DNA from: Deinococcus sp.
Lineage (GTDB): Bacteria; Deinococcota; Deinococci; Deinococcales; Deinococcaceae
DNA: 64,000 nucleotides
Assembly (NCBI GenBank): GCA_965261005.1
Contig: OZ253375.1
Location: 128,001 to 192,000, forward strand
Direction: 5' to 3'
Numbering within the stretch: the first letter of the stretch is position 1; each line of letters starts with the position of its first letter. Of the stretch, positions 63,328-64,000 are shown in pieces. The notes below the pieces were generated by a model that did not search any database, had not been told where the DNA came from, and saw only the letters and a list, made by a program, of their open reading frames with translations. The position numbers were made by a program, and so were the translations under genes.

Positions 63328-64000
63328 ATGCCCTACGATCCCCAGAAACACGCCGACCTGCTTGCCGACTACTGCCTGAACGCGCAGGGCGGCGAGCGTG
63401 TCCTAATCCAAGGCTCCACGCTCGCCCTGCCTTTGTTTGAGGCGCTGCACGTCGCGCTCCTGAGGCGTGGGGCAGCGCCCCTGCTGCGCCTCGAATACCC
63501 GGCGCAGTTGGACGACGTTTACCGTTTCGCAAGCGACGATCTTCTCGACACCTTACATCCCCTCCAGCTTCAGGAAACCGAGAGCGTGGCGGCCTCTCTG
63601 CGCGTGCTGACGCCGACCGCGCCGGCGGGGGACCTCGACCCCGGGCGCCAAGCCCGCCACCGAAGGGCGCTGGCCCCCGTCGCGCGGGCACGCGCCCAGC
63701 GGCGCTGGAGCCTGACCTTGTACCCCACCGAGTACGGCGCCGAGTCGGCGGGCCTGAGTTTGCCGGACTACGCGGATTTCGTGGCCGGGGCGATGTTCCT
63801 GAATGACCCCGACCCGGTGGCACGCTGGGCCGAGGTGCGGGCCATGCAGGCGGGCCTGATTGGGCAGCTCTCAAGGGCGGACGAGGTTCGTATCCTGGCC
63901 CCCGACACCGACTTGCGCCTGAGCGTGGGGGGACGTACCTGGGTCAATTCCGACGGCAAGCGCAACATGCCGTCGGGCGAGGTGTTCACCGGCCCGCTTG
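63328..64000 (+). CDS. Aminopeptidase, M29/AmpT family (3' truncated)
   Basis: HADLLADYCL..GERVLI..TDLRLSVGGRTWVNSDGKRNMPSGEVFTGP. Confidence 0.88.
   Translation, partial: MPYDPQKHADLLADYCLNAQGGERVLIQGSTLALPLFEALHVALLRRGAAPLLRLEYPAQLDDVYRFASDDLLDTLHPLQLQETESVAASLRVLTPTAPAGDLDPGRQARHRRALAPVARARAQRRWSLTLYPTEYGAESAGLSLPDYADFVAGAMFLNDPDPVARWAEVRAMQAGLIGQLSRADEVRILAPDTDLRLSVGGRTWVNSDGKRNMPSGEVFTGPL

Overview
GC-rich bacterial chromosome segment, very likely Deinococcota (Deinococcus-like gene set, TANNNT boxes directly upstream of start codons, Deinococcus-type small repeats). Positions 1-34.6 kb and 61.1-64 kb are ordinary housekeeping DNA: end of the nuo operon (nuoI-N), nth, prfB with its +1 frameshift, holA, hemB, two Ser/Thr kinases, speD, sdhCDAB, a TPP-riboswitch thiBPQ-thiN operon, purU, an aminotransferase and an aminopeptidase. 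Positions ~34.6-61.1 kb form an accessory island. It holds a ~2,570-aa signal-peptide/RHS(YD)/pre-toxin-TG/HINT/toxin gene that can be rebuilt exactly in frame once two IS insertions are removed. Downstream are its immunity gene, an array of orphan HINT-toxin/immunity cassettes and an HTH-PIN toxin-antitoxin pair. Seven IS elements lie in the island. Transcribed divergently from the toxin is a tightly coupled four-gene operon: Ig-like lipoprotein, S8 protease lipoprotein, stand-alone secretin and small lipoprotein. The best candidate for an undescribed system is this secretin/S8-protease-associated RHS-HINT polymorphic toxin locus. Family calls are from motif recognition only; no searches were run.
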